Shown: positions 1 to 10,933 of the stretch, one piece after another
Numbering within the stretch: the first letter of the stretch is position 1
Layout: each line of letters begins with the position of its first letter
From: Candidatus Schekmanbacteria bacterium RIFCSPLOWO2_02_FULL_38_14
Lineage (GTDB): Bacteria; Schekmanbacteria; GWA2-38-11
DNA length: 64,000 nt
Direction: 5' to 3'
NCBI GenBank assembly: GCA_001790855.1
Contig: MGDH01000022.1
Location: 7,116-71,115 of the forward strand
The notes under the pieces: model-generated
What the model saw: only the letters and a program-made list of their open reading frames with translations
What the model was told of the DNA's origin: nothing
Database searches by the model: none
Position numbers and translations under genes: made by a program

Positions 1-1185
1 ACGGTAGCTATTTTTCTTTCTGTTATAATTATCTGCCTGCTTAACTACTCGAATGATATCAAAGTTGGAGTTGCAATAGCTTCTATAACTATCGCAATTT
101 CTGCTTTTGAAACTCTCAGAATCTTATTTCAAATATACTTAAAAATGGAATATCAGGCTGTGATTGATATTGTAAGCAAGATTGTTTTTTTAGGGCTTGT
201 ATTAGGAACTATATTTTATGCAAAAAATTTATATTTTATAATAGCTAGTTTTGTTCTTTCATCCATCATTAGCTTAATCCTCACTATCTATTTTTCTTTC
301 AAATTTATAAAACCCAAGTTTAAAATTCATTTACAATTATGGCCAAATTTACTCAAAGAAGTGCTGCCATTAGGAATATCTTTAATATTAACAATTATAT
401 ATGGAAGAATTGATATCATAATGTTATCTTTAATGAAAAGCAACGAGGATGTCGGGCTTTACAATCTTGCATACAAATTTATTGAACTTTTAACACTTTT
501 AGTTCCCGGTACTATTATGGTATCAATATTTCCAATAATGTCAGAGCAATTTAAAACGAATAAAAATAGCCTTCAGGGTCTTATCCAAAAAACTTTTGAT
601 ATTATGATAATTGTTTCAGTATTTATTGCGATTGAAACAATACTTTCCGCTGAAAAGATTATTTTAATCCTTGGAGGAGAAAATTTTAAAAACTCAACAT
701 CAGCTTTACAAATCCTAATCATGGGAACTGTATTTATTTTCATAGGTAATATATTTGGTTTTTTATTAATATCTGCAGGAATGCAGAGGTTGAATTTAAT
801 AACCGATTTTATCGGAAGTGTTTTAAATATATCTCTAAACCTTTACTTAATATCTAAATTTAGCTTTATAGGAGCTTCAGTTTCAACAGTATTGACACAA
901 GCAGTCGTACTGGTCATTGCTATGATATTTGTTAATAAATTTATAAATATCAAAATCAGCTTTCGAATTTTAAAAAAAATTATATTCATTTCTATTTTAA
1001 TTTATGCTGAAATACTCTTTCTTGAATTTTTTGAAATCAATACATACACAACTATAATAATAAGCTCCTTAACCTATTTTTTGTTAGTATTTCTCTTTAA
1101 ATGTTTTCTTCTTGAAGAATTAAGGCAGATTATGAAAGAAGGGCTTAATAGGCTGGGTTTTAAAGAGTTTTTTGACAAACAATAG
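1..1185 (+). CDS. wzx: Wzx-type polysaccharide flippase (MATE-like), 5' partial
   Basis: Frame is open from base 1 into the 145..1185 ORF. Many TM segments and the motif 'RIDIIMLSLMK..VGLYNLA' typical of Polysacc_synt flippases. Confidence 0.85.
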   Translation, partial: TVAIFLSVIIICLLNYSNDIKVGVAIASITIAISAFETLRILFQIYLKMEYQAVIDIVSKIVFLGLVLGTIFYAKNLYFIIASFVLSSIISLILTIYFSFKFIKPKFKIHLQLWPNLLKEVLPLGISLILTIIYGRIDIIMLSLMKSNEDVGLYNLAYKFIELLTLLVPGTIMVSIFPIMSEQFKTNKNSLQGLIQKTFDIMIIVSVFIAIETILSAEKIILILGGENFKNSTSALQILIMGTVFIFIGNIFGFLLISAGMQRLNLITDFIGSVLNISLNLYLISKFSFIGASVSTVLTQAVVLVIAMIFVNKFINIKISFRILKKIIFISILIYAEILFLEFFEINTYTTIIISSLTYFLLVFLFKCFLLEELRQIMKEGLNRLGFKEFFDKQ

Positions 1186-1192
1186 AGGATTC

Positions 1193-2315
1193 TGGACTGC
1201 ACCCTTTGGACTGGAGGCTTAACCGTGTAGTTTTAGGGTGACCCGTCCGAGCAATTGTTTTCTGTTTTTGTCGAGCAATATAGCTTCAAACTCTTCCGGT
1301 GGCAAGTACTGAATTCCTGAATGAACTCGCTTTCTGTTGTAGACCTTTTCTATAAACTCAGGAATGCGTTCCACGACATCCGTAAAAGTCTCATATTCCC
1401 ATAAGCACACCTCCTCGTTTTTTAATGTTTTAAAGAATGACTCAGCATAGGCATTATCATAGGGGTTGCCCTTAGCCAACATGCTGATGAGAATCTAGTT
1501 CCCTGACGTAATCTCTGCAGGCATACTGGACTCCTTGAGCAGAGTGATGGATCAACCCACATCCTTTATCTCCATCCCTCTGAGAAGATTGGGATATATG
1601 TGGAAGGAATGCTCAGAATCGGTTGTCTGGATGAACCGCCTCTTGATATGCCGGAACAGGTCATACTTGTGCATAACCCTCAAAATGCGTTTTCCATTCA
1701 CCCGAAGACCGTAACGAAGCCAAAGCTGGGCTCTCAATGTCCGATACCCCCAACACAAGTAATTTGCCTGTAAAGTCCTCAATCTTATCCCGCAGGTCTG
1801 CATCCACCCGTTCCCTGTCTTTCCGGCATACCTTTGGATTGTAGTAATACGTAGACTCGCTCAGTCCGATCATTTTGCACCCCTCCCTGACTGACCCACA
1901 ATCTCCCCAGTGACAACGCACCCACAGGACCTTCTCATGGATGGATAAGTCTTGTTGAGTTTTTTTAAAAGCTCATTCTGGATGGTCAGCTCTCCAACCT
2001 TCTTCTTGTAACGGTCAAGCTCCTTCTCAAGCTGACGCTCACGGGCAGTGGGACTTGACTGCATCCTGCCTTAGTAAATCTGCTTTTGCCAACAGTTTAT
2101 CAAAGAAGGGGAAATGTCATTCTCTCTCCCAGCCGCTGCCTTGCTGATAGCCCCACTGTCTATCTGGGATACCAGCGACCTCTTGAACTCCTCGCTGAAT
2201 TGACGGTACTTCTTCATCTGTCCGACTCCTTTCTGGAAGATCTTTGCCTCTTCCTCTGTCGAACAAACAACCTAATTCTTAATGCCAAATACTCCAACTA
2301 CAGGGGTGCACTCCA
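1193..2315 (-). mobile_element. Degenerate IS3-family insertion sequence
   Basis: Imperfect terminal IRs: TGGACTGCACCCTTTGGACTGGAG at 1193 and TGGAGTGCACCCCTGTAGTTGGAG reading in from 2315. OrfA from ATG 2217 (MKKYRQFSEEFK...) has an in-frame TAA. A7C slippery site near 1960-1967. OrfB is in fragments with the rve/DDE motif 'GNPYDNAYAESFFKTLK.E'. Confidence 0.9.
1219..2217 (-). pseudogene. IS3-family transposase orfA/orfB pseudogene
   Basis: Pieces 1870..2064, 1661..1921, 1552..1803 and 1219..1482 are separated by a stop, frameshifts and a probable deletion. Confidence 0.85.
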
Positions 2316-2547
2316 CTCTTTGAGAAAGAACAAAACCCTGAACCCTGTCAATTTAGTCTAACCTGAGATTACAGACAGAGGGGTTTACTCCAGACTGAAG
2401 ATTAATATTCATAATATTTTATGTATAGTTAGGTTCGGAAGGTTTTTTATTTGTCAATAATTATTAAGAATGTTATATGATTACTAAAATATTATTAATA
2501 TTTGAAGGCTTTCATCCTTTCTAATATGGATTTGATTTTAAAAACTT

Positions 2548-3681
2548 ATGATAAAATTAAAAATATTTTTTGACTGGTTACAGGTGTTTTTGTTTTCAAT
2601 TATAATCTTCTTAACAATACCGTATACTCCTCTCTTGTGGAAGGTTTTATCTCAGGATCAGAAATCTTTTGTAATTTTTGGAATTTATCTATTGTCTTTT
2701 TCATTTATATTTTCAATCTTAATTTATCTTTTTTTCTACAAAAAAGAAAGAATGCTATTGCCTTATTTGTGGCTTTTAATAATTGCTTTTTTATATATTT
2801 TATTACTTAAGAATCTGAATGAATTTCCAGTTGAAAAGATTCATCTTGTAGAATACGGCATATTAGGATTACTTACATTTAAAGCATTAAAAAATAGTAT
2901 AAAAGATTTAACTGTCTATATATTGTCATTTGTAATTACATTTTATGTAGGGATGTTTGATGAAGTAATTCAATGGATAGTCCCTAATAGAGTTGGTACG
3001 ATTGAAGATGTTTGGCTCAATGTAAAAAGCAGTCTATTAATTTTGATGTTAATAGGATTAGTAATAAAACCTAAAGAAATTACAACAAATATGCATTTAA
3101 GGGATTTAAAAAGAACATATATTCCAATTTCACTGGCTGTAATAGTCACTGGAATATTTATAAACACTATTCACGGATTTGGTTTTAGAATTGAGGTAAA
3201 TGATTATATTGAAGCCTATTCTCGCTTTTCAAAAACAGAGCTAAGATTAATTAATAACTTGCTTAAAAATGATTCATTTTTGCTGGAATCAACTGCTAAA
3301 AAGTTTGAGAGCGTTGATGTATTAAATTTGAAGATCCTTTCAGAAGATGGTAAAAGATTAACTTTTTTTAAAGAAGCTGCTGACCATAAATGGGAAAGAG
3401 ATCACTCCTTTTCTAAAAAAAGATTTATTAAGAGCCTGAATGAACAAATTATACTCATGAATTATTATTCTTCCCTTTTTTATTTTGATTTTTTTAAATG
3501 GAGCGATGGGAAAAAAATATTTGTTGAAAGGTTTTTTCAGAATGAATTGTCAGAAAAGAGAATTTATAAAAGCCCTGTTTGCGGTATTTTGATAACTGAA
3601 TTTTCAAAACTGCATATGTGGGTATTTATTATTTTTACAACTGTAATCTTTACTATTTTATTTATTAAAACCAAGGGATGA
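2548..3681 (+). CDS. VanZ-like domain membrane protein
   Basis: 'EKIHLVEYGILG' and 'DEVIQWIVPNRVG..EDVWLN' are VanZ motifs. Multiple TM segments. Confidence 0.75.
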   Translation: MIKLKIFFDWLQVFLFSIIIFLTIPYTPLLWKVLSQDQKSFVIFGIYLLSFSFIFSILIYLFFYKKERMLLPYLWLLIIAFLYILLLKNLNEFPVEKIHLVEYGILGLLTFKALKNSIKDLTVYILSFVITFYVGMFDEVIQWIVPNRVGTIEDVWLNVKSSLLILMLIGLVIKPKEITTNMHLRDLKRTYIPISLAVIVTGIFINTIHGFGFRIEVNDYIEAYSRFSKTELRLINNLLKNDSFLLESTAKKFESVDVLNLKILSEDGKRLTFFKEAADHKWERDHSFSKKRFIKSLNEQIILMNYYSSLFYFDFFKWSDGKKIFVERFFQNELSEKRIYKSPVCGILITEFSKLHMWVFIIFTTVIFTILFIKTKG

Positions 3682-3787
3682 TGTTATTAGGCAGATTAGA
3701 AGTAAATTACCACATGCTTCCGCACAGGGTATTCAGGTTGTTTCTTTCATAAAAATAAAATTATAGAAAATATTTTCAGTTGTAATG

Positions 3788-5707
3788 TCAATTTATGTAA
3801 CCTAGAGCTTTCAATTTTTCCATCATTATCTCATCCTTTATTAAGTTTTCATTCTCTTTTTTGAACAGATTTTTTGGATTATAGTTTGTATCATAGGTTT
3901 CTATTGTTGTTGGAGGATATTTTGAGAGCAAATCCTTGTCAATTATTTCAGTTAATACTTTGCCATCCATATCCTTTCCAATTGGCAAACCTAAAAGATA
4001 TAAAATTGTAGGAGTTATATCATAAATAGTCGGGATTTGACTGTGGAAGGTACCAGAAATATTCTTGCCACTTGCTATAAAAATCCCATCAGAACCAATT
4101 TCATGTCCACCAGATATATTATTAGAAAAAAAATTAAATATTGGTTCGTGGCCATGATCTGAAATTACAAAAAAAGTTGTATTAGCATCTTTATACTGCA
4201 ATAAATCTCCTACATATTCATCTACTTGCTGATAATAATCATATATTAAATTTTCATATTTCTTTTTTTCTACTTTATTTACCCATGGGAATTTATCTAT
4301 GTCAGTATATTTCCAAAAATGGTGCTCAAAATCATCTGTTCCTCTGAAATATAGAGCAAAGAAATCTATATTATTAGATGCTGCAAGTAATCGTTTTGCA
4401 ATGTTGAAATAGATATTTTCTGATGTATAAGTATACTTTACATAAGATGATACAAAGTTACGCTTTTTAATTTCAGGTGAAATGTAAGATGTTATATTGT
4501 CAGAAATTTCACGGCATAAGTTAGTTGGATAAATTAAATCTTCTCTATAGCATTGATATTTATTTAAATCATTTTCATAGTCTCCAGTATTTAAAAGGAA
4601 TCTGTCAGATATAAAATAACCATTAATTATTTCTGCTGGATAGGAGAAAAACCAATTCGCCATTAAGACTTTTTTCTTATTTTGTGTGAGTATATTCCAA
4701 ATAGCAGGAGTTTTTCTATAAATAGGATTTATAGGATATACTCTTGTTAATCCTGTAAACTTGAGATATTGTAGTTTGCCAAATATCCCTTCTTGGAAAA
4801 CTTGACACAATGGCTTGCTTACACCGTTAAGTGATATTAATATAAAGGATTTTATTCCGTGTTTCTTAGGATTTTTACCAGTAGCGATTGAAGTCCATAA
4901 GATTGGAGACTCTGTAGGTATTGAAGTTTTAATATGACTTCTAACGCCATTATCAATAAGTCTTTTTAAGTTATTTAATCCTCCCCTTTTTATCATTGGG
5001 TCTATAATATCCCATGTTGCTCCATCTACACCTATAAGAAAGACCTTGTTTTCAGAAAAAGAATCTCTCACTTTTATTTTTTCAGTTGGTATTGTATTAA
5101 CTGATATTTTAGACCTATTATAAAAGATTGGGGAAACAAGAAATAAGATATAAGCAAAAACAATTATAGTGATAATTATAACTGGATTTAATACCTCATG
5201 AGATTTTCTAAGAATGTTTAAATATATGGTTGCAGATAATTTTGCAAGGATAATTGAAATTATTGCTGATACAATGACAGCACACCACATTAATATTGCC
5301 ATTTTCCAGTAGTTGTCAGCAAATGGGAAGACAGAGTAATAAGAATAAGCACGAATAAATTTATTCAGAAATTGGGAAAAAAGAATCAGAGAGAAAATAA
5401 TCAAAAACACAGATTGCTTAAATGGTTTTTTAATAATAAATGATGGCTTGATGAATAGAAGTGAGACATATATTCCACTAAAAATGACAGTCCCTGCGAT
5501 AGATATAAGAATAGTGTAAAGTAGTATCATGTACAGAGAAATCACAAAAGCATCTGAAAAAGATATGATTCTGTCGTTAAGGAGAATGGTGCCGGCTGTA
5601 ACTAGAACACCATCTAAAAAGCCAATGAGAAACAATGGTATAATTAGCCCTTTTAATTCTGAAAAGAATGTTGTATTAAGTGAATTATTTTTAGTTGTAT
5701 CAGTCAT
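3788..5707 (-). CDS. Membrane-anchored alkaline phosphatase superfamily (phosphodiesterase/NPP-like) protein
   Basis: About 5 N-terminal TM helices. Motifs 'LIGVDGA', 'PTESPILWTSIATG', 'TDDFEHH', 'ISDHG' and C-terminal 'LKALGY'. Confidence 0.8.
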   Translation of the reverse strand: MTDTTKNNSLNTTFFSELKGLIIPLFLIGFLDGVLVTAGTILLNDRIISFSDAFVISLYMILLYTILISIAGTVIFSGIYVSLLFIKPSFIIKKPFKQSVFLIIFSLILFSQFLNKFIRAYSYYSVFPFADNYWKMAILMWCAVIVSAIISIILAKLSATIYLNILRKSHEVLNPVIIITIIVFAYILFLVSPIFYNRSKISVNTIPTEKIKVRDSFSENKVFLIGVDGATWDIIDPMIKRGGLNNLKRLIDNGVRSHIKTSIPTESPILWTSIATGKNPKKHGIKSFILISLNGVSKPLCQVFQEGIFGKLQYLKFTGLTRVYPINPIYRKTPAIWNILTQNKKKVLMANWFFSYPAEIINGYFISDRFLLNTGDYENDLNKYQCYREDLIYPTNLCREISDNITSYISPEIKKRNFVSSYVKYTYTSENIYFNIAKRLLAASNNIDFFALYFRGTDDFEHHFWKYTDIDKFPWVNKVEKKKYENLIYDYYQQVDEYVGDLLQYKDANTTFFVISDHGHEPIFNFFSNNISGGHEIGSDGIFIASGKNISGTFHSQIPTIYDITPTILYLLGLPIGKDMDGKVLTEIIDKDLLSKYPPTTIETYDTNYNPKNLFKKENENLIKDEIMMEKLKALGYIN

Positions 5708-5788
5708 AATCTAGCTTAGAAAATTCATTAGATGATTTAAAAGACTTGGTTATGCTTAAGCGATATTAAATATACAGATAGTCGAAAA

Positions 5789-7399
5789 TCAGAAAATTGT
5801 ATTATTTATTTTCCAGATTATAAACATTGTTTTTCTTCCAAAATGATTATACTCTTTTGAACGATAAATTTCATCAGATTTTTTTAATGTCAATGTTCCA
5901 CCAAATACATCATATAAATGGCTAAAACTTTTAAAAAGATATTTATCATAATTTCCACTTCTAACATCAGGGTTGTCCCAAAAAGCATGGTGTACAAAAT
6001 ATTTTATATTTTTTTCTCTGATATAGTCAAGAAACTTTCCCTCCTTGAGATAGTCCTGAAACTCAAAATTGTTAATGACACCATCAATATTTACAATTCT
6101 TCTATTTGAAAAATAGGAGATAATTCCAGCATCCTCAAGCATGAAAATGTCATCAGGGGAGGTATTCTCCTTAATCCAGAGAGCTTCCCTGTAACCTTCG
6201 TACTGAAATCTATTCTCAACAGATCTTTTTACAGAAGCAAACTGAGCTAATAATGCAAGTATGATGAGAAGTGATGCTAAGAAAAAAGATGGTTGTTTGA
6301 TGCCAGGAAAATAGTGCTGAAGTTTTTCCTCTGCTGCACGGATGATAAGAGGCATGACTAAGAGGAGAAAAACAGTATATCCTGCAAAATGCCATCTAAA
6401 AACTGCCCATTTCATAAAGAGGAGTGTATCAAAAAAATGTATTATTACATAAATAGCAAGAACTATCAATACAGCTCTGTATTCTATGTTTGGAGCTAAG
6501 TTTTTTATTGCCTTATTTTTGAATAGTGTAAGAACAAAAAACCCAATTGCAATAAAAAAAATAACAGAAAAATCAATAAACTGATAAAAGTATTCAGGGC
6601 TAAATGATGGGGTAGGAAAGGAATGTTTCAGACTTCCGCTAATGGGGGTTATATGCCCGAATGAGGAGTAATTCCATGCAAGATAAGGGAGGGGGATGAA
6701 AGATGCTGGAATAAAGATGGTAAGAATCTTTTTTAAGTATGTTCCTATTTTCTGCCGTGTTTCTGGTATCAAGACATTGTTTTGAATATTGAATGTTAGG
6801 TAGGATACTATTGATATAAAGTAAAAGATAGAGTCAAGTCTTGCGAGAAAAATGAGAGTGAGAATTATTCCAAAAATGAGGTTTTTCCTGAAATTCCCAT
6901 GAGAAGTCAGAATACAGTGGTTCAAACAGTAGTTTACTGATAATAGCAAAAGGAATATAAGCAGGCCTGCCTCAAGGCCATATTCGGTTTGGCTTAAGAA
7001 ACGAGGCCACATAAATATGGCAAGGGTAACAATAGGATATGGGGATCCGAACTCTCTGTAGAGAATCTTTCCTAAAAGAAATATTATGGCTCCAAGAATT
7101 ACTGCCTGAAGCGTCATAACAAAGTGTATTGAGAGTTCTTCGTTGCCATTTGTCAGATAAAATATTGGGAGGATTGAAAACATCCAAAGAGGATGATACC
7201 CGTTTGTTTTGTTTATTCCGTCAAAAGTAGATGTATGTTCTTTTACAATATTCTGAGTTGTCTTAAAATAATAGAATGCATCATCTACAACTCTTCCAAG
7301 GATAAAGCTCATGTCAAGCCATGAGAATATTAAACGAGTTCCGATGACTATAAATGCTAAAATAAAAAAAAGCTTGTTTTTGCTATATAATGTTTCCAT
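5789..7399 (-). CDS. Integral membrane GT-C fold glycosyltransferase-like protein
   Basis: 'DDAFYY...TNGYHPLW' first-loop motif, 'LARLD', many TM helices and a C-terminal 'DAGIISYFS..NIDG' domain. Confidence 0.7.
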   Translation of the reverse strand: METLYSKNKLFFILAFIVIGTRLIFSWLDMSFILGRVVDDAFYYFKTTQNIVKEHTSTFDGINKTNGYHPLWMFSILPIFYLTNGNEELSIHFVMTLQAVILGAIIFLLGKILYREFGSPYPIVTLAIFMWPRFLSQTEYGLEAGLLIFLLLLSVNYCLNHCILTSHGNFRKNLIFGIILTLIFLARLDSIFYFISIVSYLTFNIQNNVLIPETRQKIGTYLKKILTIFIPASFIPLPYLAWNYSSFGHITPISGSLKHSFPTPSFSPEYFYQFIDFSVIFFIAIGFFVLTLFKNKAIKNLAPNIEYRAVLIVLAIYVIIHFFDTLLFMKWAVFRWHFAGYTVFLLLVMPLIIRAAEEKLQHYFPGIKQPSFFLASLLIILALLAQFASVKRSVENRFQYEGYREALWIKENTSPDDIFMLEDAGIISYFSNRRIVNIDGVINNFEFQDYLKEGKFLDYIREKNIKYFVHHAFWDNPDVRSGNYDKYLFKSFSHLYDVFGGTLTLKKSDEIYRSKEYNHFGRKTMFIIWKINNTIF

Positions 7400-7657
7400 T
7401 TAAACAAGAATATTATCTATAGACATAATATTATATTAAATTTTTTAATTATATCATTGCTTTTCCTGAAGTAGCAATATCATTATTTAAGATACCTATT
7501 TTGAAATTTGACTTAAATTAATGTCATTTAAAAAGTAAATTGATAAGTTTAATGTGAATATATTTTAAAGCTTAAACATTTTTAACGAAAAAATAAGAAA
7601 ATACTCATTGTCAGTTTGATATTTATCAAATTTTTCCACAAAATTATTATGTGAGAC

Positions 7658-8617
7658 ATGAACATAATTATAAAAAAAATTATAAAAGAAACTTTTAGCT
7701 TTTTTGTTTTTTACTCAGGAATTCTTTCTATATATCGTTTTTTAAGAAAAAAAAAGATAACAATATTAAATTATCATGATATTAAAGGTGAGGATTTTGA
7801 AAGACATGTGAAATATTTAATAAGGCATTTTGATATTATTCCTCTCGGTGAATGTGTGGATTGTCTGAATGAGGGTAAGGAAAAGAGCAATAGCCTTGTA
7901 ATTACTTTTGACGATGGCTATAAGTTATTCTATAAAGAAATATTTCCTATACTTAAAAAATATAGTATTCCTGCGACTGTTTTTATAGCAACCGATTATG
8001 TGGGTTCAAGTAAGCTTTTCTGGTTTGATTTGCTAAAACTATATTTCGAAGAAAAAGGTGTTGAAGCCTTCAAAAAAAAATTGGAGAATATAAGAGGAGA
8101 TTTTGATTCAGTAGTTAGCTCTCTAAATCAGTTAGGAGAAGATGAAAAGAGGAGAAAAATCGTAGAAATTATAGAAGGATATGAAATAGATCATGAGAAT
8201 AATAACAAAGCAGCAAATTATCGTATCCTGAACTGGAAAGAGATAAAGGAGATGGCAGGAGGTCTTATTTGTTTTGGTGCCCATACAATGAGCCATCCAA
8301 TACTGACCAAAATTTCACTTGATAGAGCACGAGAGGAAATTTTTGGTTCAAAGGATATATTAGAAAGGCAACTTGAAGTAGAGATAAAATTCTTTGCCTA
8401 TCCCAATGGAGACGTTACTGATTTTGATGATAATATAATCAAAATTGTTAAAAAAGCAGGTTTTTCCTCTGCCCTTACTACAATTGACGGAAATTGCAAA
8501 ATCGGGGATGATTTGTTCATATTAAAGAGAAAGGTGATAGATGGGAAATTTAGTATACCATGTCTTGCAGCTAAGATAGCAGGGTTGTGGGTTTCATTGA
8601 CAAGAAAAGGCATATAA
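7658..8617 (+). CDS. Polysaccharide deacetylase (CE4/NodB)
   Basis: 'ILNYH', 'ITFDDG', 'GAHTMSHP', 'FAYPNG' motifs. Confidence 0.9.
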   Translation: MNIIIKKIIKETFSFFVFYSGILSIYRFLRKKKITILNYHDIKGEDFERHVKYLIRHFDIIPLGECVDCLNEGKEKSNSLVITFDDGYKLFYKEIFPILKKYSIPATVFIATDYVGSSKLFWFDLLKLYFEEKGVEAFKKKLENIRGDFDSVVSSLNQLGEDEKRRKIVEIIEGYEIDHENNNKAANYRILNWKEIKEMAGGLICFGAHTMSHPILTKISLDRAREEIFGSKDILERQLEVEIKFFAYPNGDVTDFDDNIIKIVKKAGFSSALTTIDGNCKIGDDLFILKRKVIDGKFSIPCLAAKIAGLWVSLTRKGI

Positions 8618-8622
8618 GTAGA

Positions 8623-9720
8623 ATGAATAAAAAATATAACTATAATTTAAGAAAATATAAAAAAGAAGACATGAAAGAAATTTTTGAACTCATGAGATTT
8701 ATCTATCCAGAAGAAAAATATAATAATTTTATTCATCGAAGGAGAAAAATGTGGGAGTGGGAGTTCTTGGAAAATCCTTTGATAAAAAAAGGGGAGGAAA
8801 AAATTTGGGTTGCTGAAGATAGCGGAAAAATTATAGGACATGTTGCAACTATGCCAGTGAAGTTGAAATGTGATGACAAATATTACATTGCCCATTTTGC
8901 AATGGATTTAATAGTTGATAGTGCTTATAGAGGGAAAGGTATTGGACAGGGTTTAATGGAAGCTTGGAGAGATAGTAGCGAAATAGCTATTGGACTTGGC
9001 TTAACTCCTGCGGTCTTACCAATCTATTATAAGTTGGGATGGAAAGTTTTTAATACAAAAAAGGTATTGGTAAAGGTATTTAAAAGTAGAAAAATTTTGA
9101 AAAAATTAATAAAAAAAGAAAATATTTTATTGAGAACTGGAGAAAAACTAATTAATTCTGGATTAAAGGCTTTTAACTTCGTTTTGAGTAAGCCTTTAAA
9201 AGTAGATTGGAAGAGTATTTTTGAAATTTATGAATTTGATTCAAAGATTGATATTTTTTGGGAAAAAGTAAAGGATGATTATAACATTGCTTTGAGAAAG
9301 AGTAAGGATTATTTAAATTGGAAATATACCAATCATCCCTATTACCAGTATAAAAAGTTTTATTATATGGGAAAGGATGGAATTAAAGGATATGTAGTTT
9401 TAAGGGAATCAGAGGAAGAGGGTTATTGCGAAGGGCATATTGTAGATATGATGACAAGAGCAGATGATTTTAAATCGATGGGTTTAATGGTAGCATGGAT
9501 AATTGATTATTTTAGAAAAAATGGAGTAGAATGTATTTACTTTATGACCACATGTGCAAATCAGAGAAAAGTGCTTTTAAGGAATGGATTTTTACCTCTT
9601 AAGAGAGGTCCTGTTTTTTCTGTCTATTCCCACGATAAAGATTTGCTTAAAAGATTATGGAGTTTTAACGATTGGTTTCTAACCAAAGATTCTTCGGATT
9701 TAGAAATATCTTACATTTAA
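8623..9720 (+). CDS. Tandem GNAT-family acyltransferase
   Basis: 'DLIVDSAYRGKGIG' acyl-CoA binding motif and 'YLNWKY' in the second domain. ATG 8623 follows the deacetylase stop. Confidence 0.8.
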   Translation: MNKKYNYNLRKYKKEDMKEIFELMRFIYPEEKYNNFIHRRRKMWEWEFLENPLIKKGEEKIWVAEDSGKIIGHVATMPVKLKCDDKYYIAHFAMDLIVDSAYRGKGIGQGLMEAWRDSSEIAIGLGLTPAVLPIYYKLGWKVFNTKKVLVKVFKSRKILKKLIKKENILLRTGEKLINSGLKAFNFVLSKPLKVDWKSIFEIYEFDSKIDIFWEKVKDDYNIALRKSKDYLNWKYTNHPYYQYKKFYYMGKDGIKGYVVLRESEEEGYCEGHIVDMMTRADDFKSMGLMVAWIIDYFRKNGVECIYFMTTCANQRKVLLRNGFLPLKRGPVFSVYSHDKDLLKRLWSFNDWFLTKDSSDLEISYI

Positions 9721-9751
9721 TCCCCTTTGTAAAAGAGCCAACTTCCAGTTT

Positions 9752-10933
9752 TTAAAAATTCTGTTTTAACCTCTCTACTTTTTTAAGATATTCATAGAAC
9801 TTTTTAGCCTGTTTTTCCCAAGTAAATTCTTCCTCTACTAACTCTATCCCAGAATATCCTATTTCTTTTAGGTTTCCTCGCAGATTATAGGCTCTTAGAA
9901 TTCCATCCTTAATATCTAAAGGATTAGAAGAATCTATAAATATTCCACATTTCCTTTCTTTTATTATCTGAAGGTGAGCATCAATTTTGGTTAAAATTAC
10001 AGGCTTCCCCATAGCCAGATATTCCATAAGTTTTAAAGGGCTACTCATTCTCCACCAAAGAAGATCAGGTAAAGGCAAAAGGCCTACATCACACATACCT
10101 ATAAAGATTGGGACAATATCGTATTCTACAGGGTCATGAATTATTATATTATTTTCAAGCCCATTTTCTGCCACAAAACGTTTAAGTTCATTTTCCACAT
10201 TTCCTCTCCCGAGTATAAAGAAACATAATTCTGGTATTTCATCTCTTAAAAGTTCTACAGCCTTGACAGCATCAGCAATCCCCCTTGATATACTTATTCC
10301 ACCATGATACATAACAACAAATTTATCCATTAATTTAAATTTCTCTCTTAAGCTTTTTACAGATTTTGGATTGAAAAGCTTCAGAGAGACACCCGATGTC
10401 CATATCCCCATTCGTTCTTTTTCTATTCCATAATCCTTAGCAATTTTATCTCTGTAAAGTGGAGTAATAACCGTAAATCCATCAAATAAATATTTACATA
10501 AGTAAATTGATAATTTAAATCTTAAGATATGAATTTTATCCTGAATTCCAAATGTATCAACAGGAATACTTCTTATGTCTAATACAAACTTTGTTTTTAT
10601 AATCCTGAGTTTAGATAATATATTGAAAGGAAACGTTGTTAACACGCAGTAGTGGTCAAGAATAACGTAATTATAATCCTTAAATATTACTTTGAATAAA
10701 AGGTAGAAAAATAGTGAAAATTGAAATGAAATACTTGATAAAAAAAAATTTCTTGGATATGGAAGAAAAGATACGTCCAAGTTTTCAACAGAGAGCGATT
10801 TCTTGTTTTTTAATGCTGGAATGAGTAATTTTACTTTATTGCCAAGCTTTTTTAACTCAAAGGCCATTTCTTGCCAAGTGGCAATATCGAGATTTTCATT
10901 AAAGTCAGTTTGAGTTATCCAGATAATTCTCAT
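9752..10933 (-). CDS. Glycosyltransferase family 4
   Basis: 'SPLKLMEYLAMGKPVI' GT-B motif. Confidence 0.9.
   Translation of the reverse strand: MRIIWITQTDFNENLDIATWQEMAFELKKLGNKVKLLIPALKNKKSLSVENLDVSFLPYPRNFFLSSISFQFSLFFYLLFKVIFKDYNYVILDHYCVLTTFPFNILSKLRIIKTKFVLDIRSIPVDTFGIQDKIHILRFKLSIYLCKYLFDGFTVITPLYRDKIAKDYGIEKERMGIWTSGVSLKLFNPKSVKSLREKFKLMDKFVVMYHGGISISRGIADAVKAVELLRDEIPELCFFILGRGNVENELKRFVAENGLENNIIIHDPVEYDIVPIFIGMCDVGLLPLPDLLWWRMSSPLKLMEYLAMGKPVILTKIDAHLQIIKERKCGIFIDSSNPLDIKDGILRAYNLRGNLKEIGYSGIELVEEEFTWEKQAKKFYEYLKKVERLKQNF

Noticed and set aside
2086..2361. 91-aa plus-strand ORF
   Set aside because: Antisense shadow of IS3 orfA and its terminal repeat.
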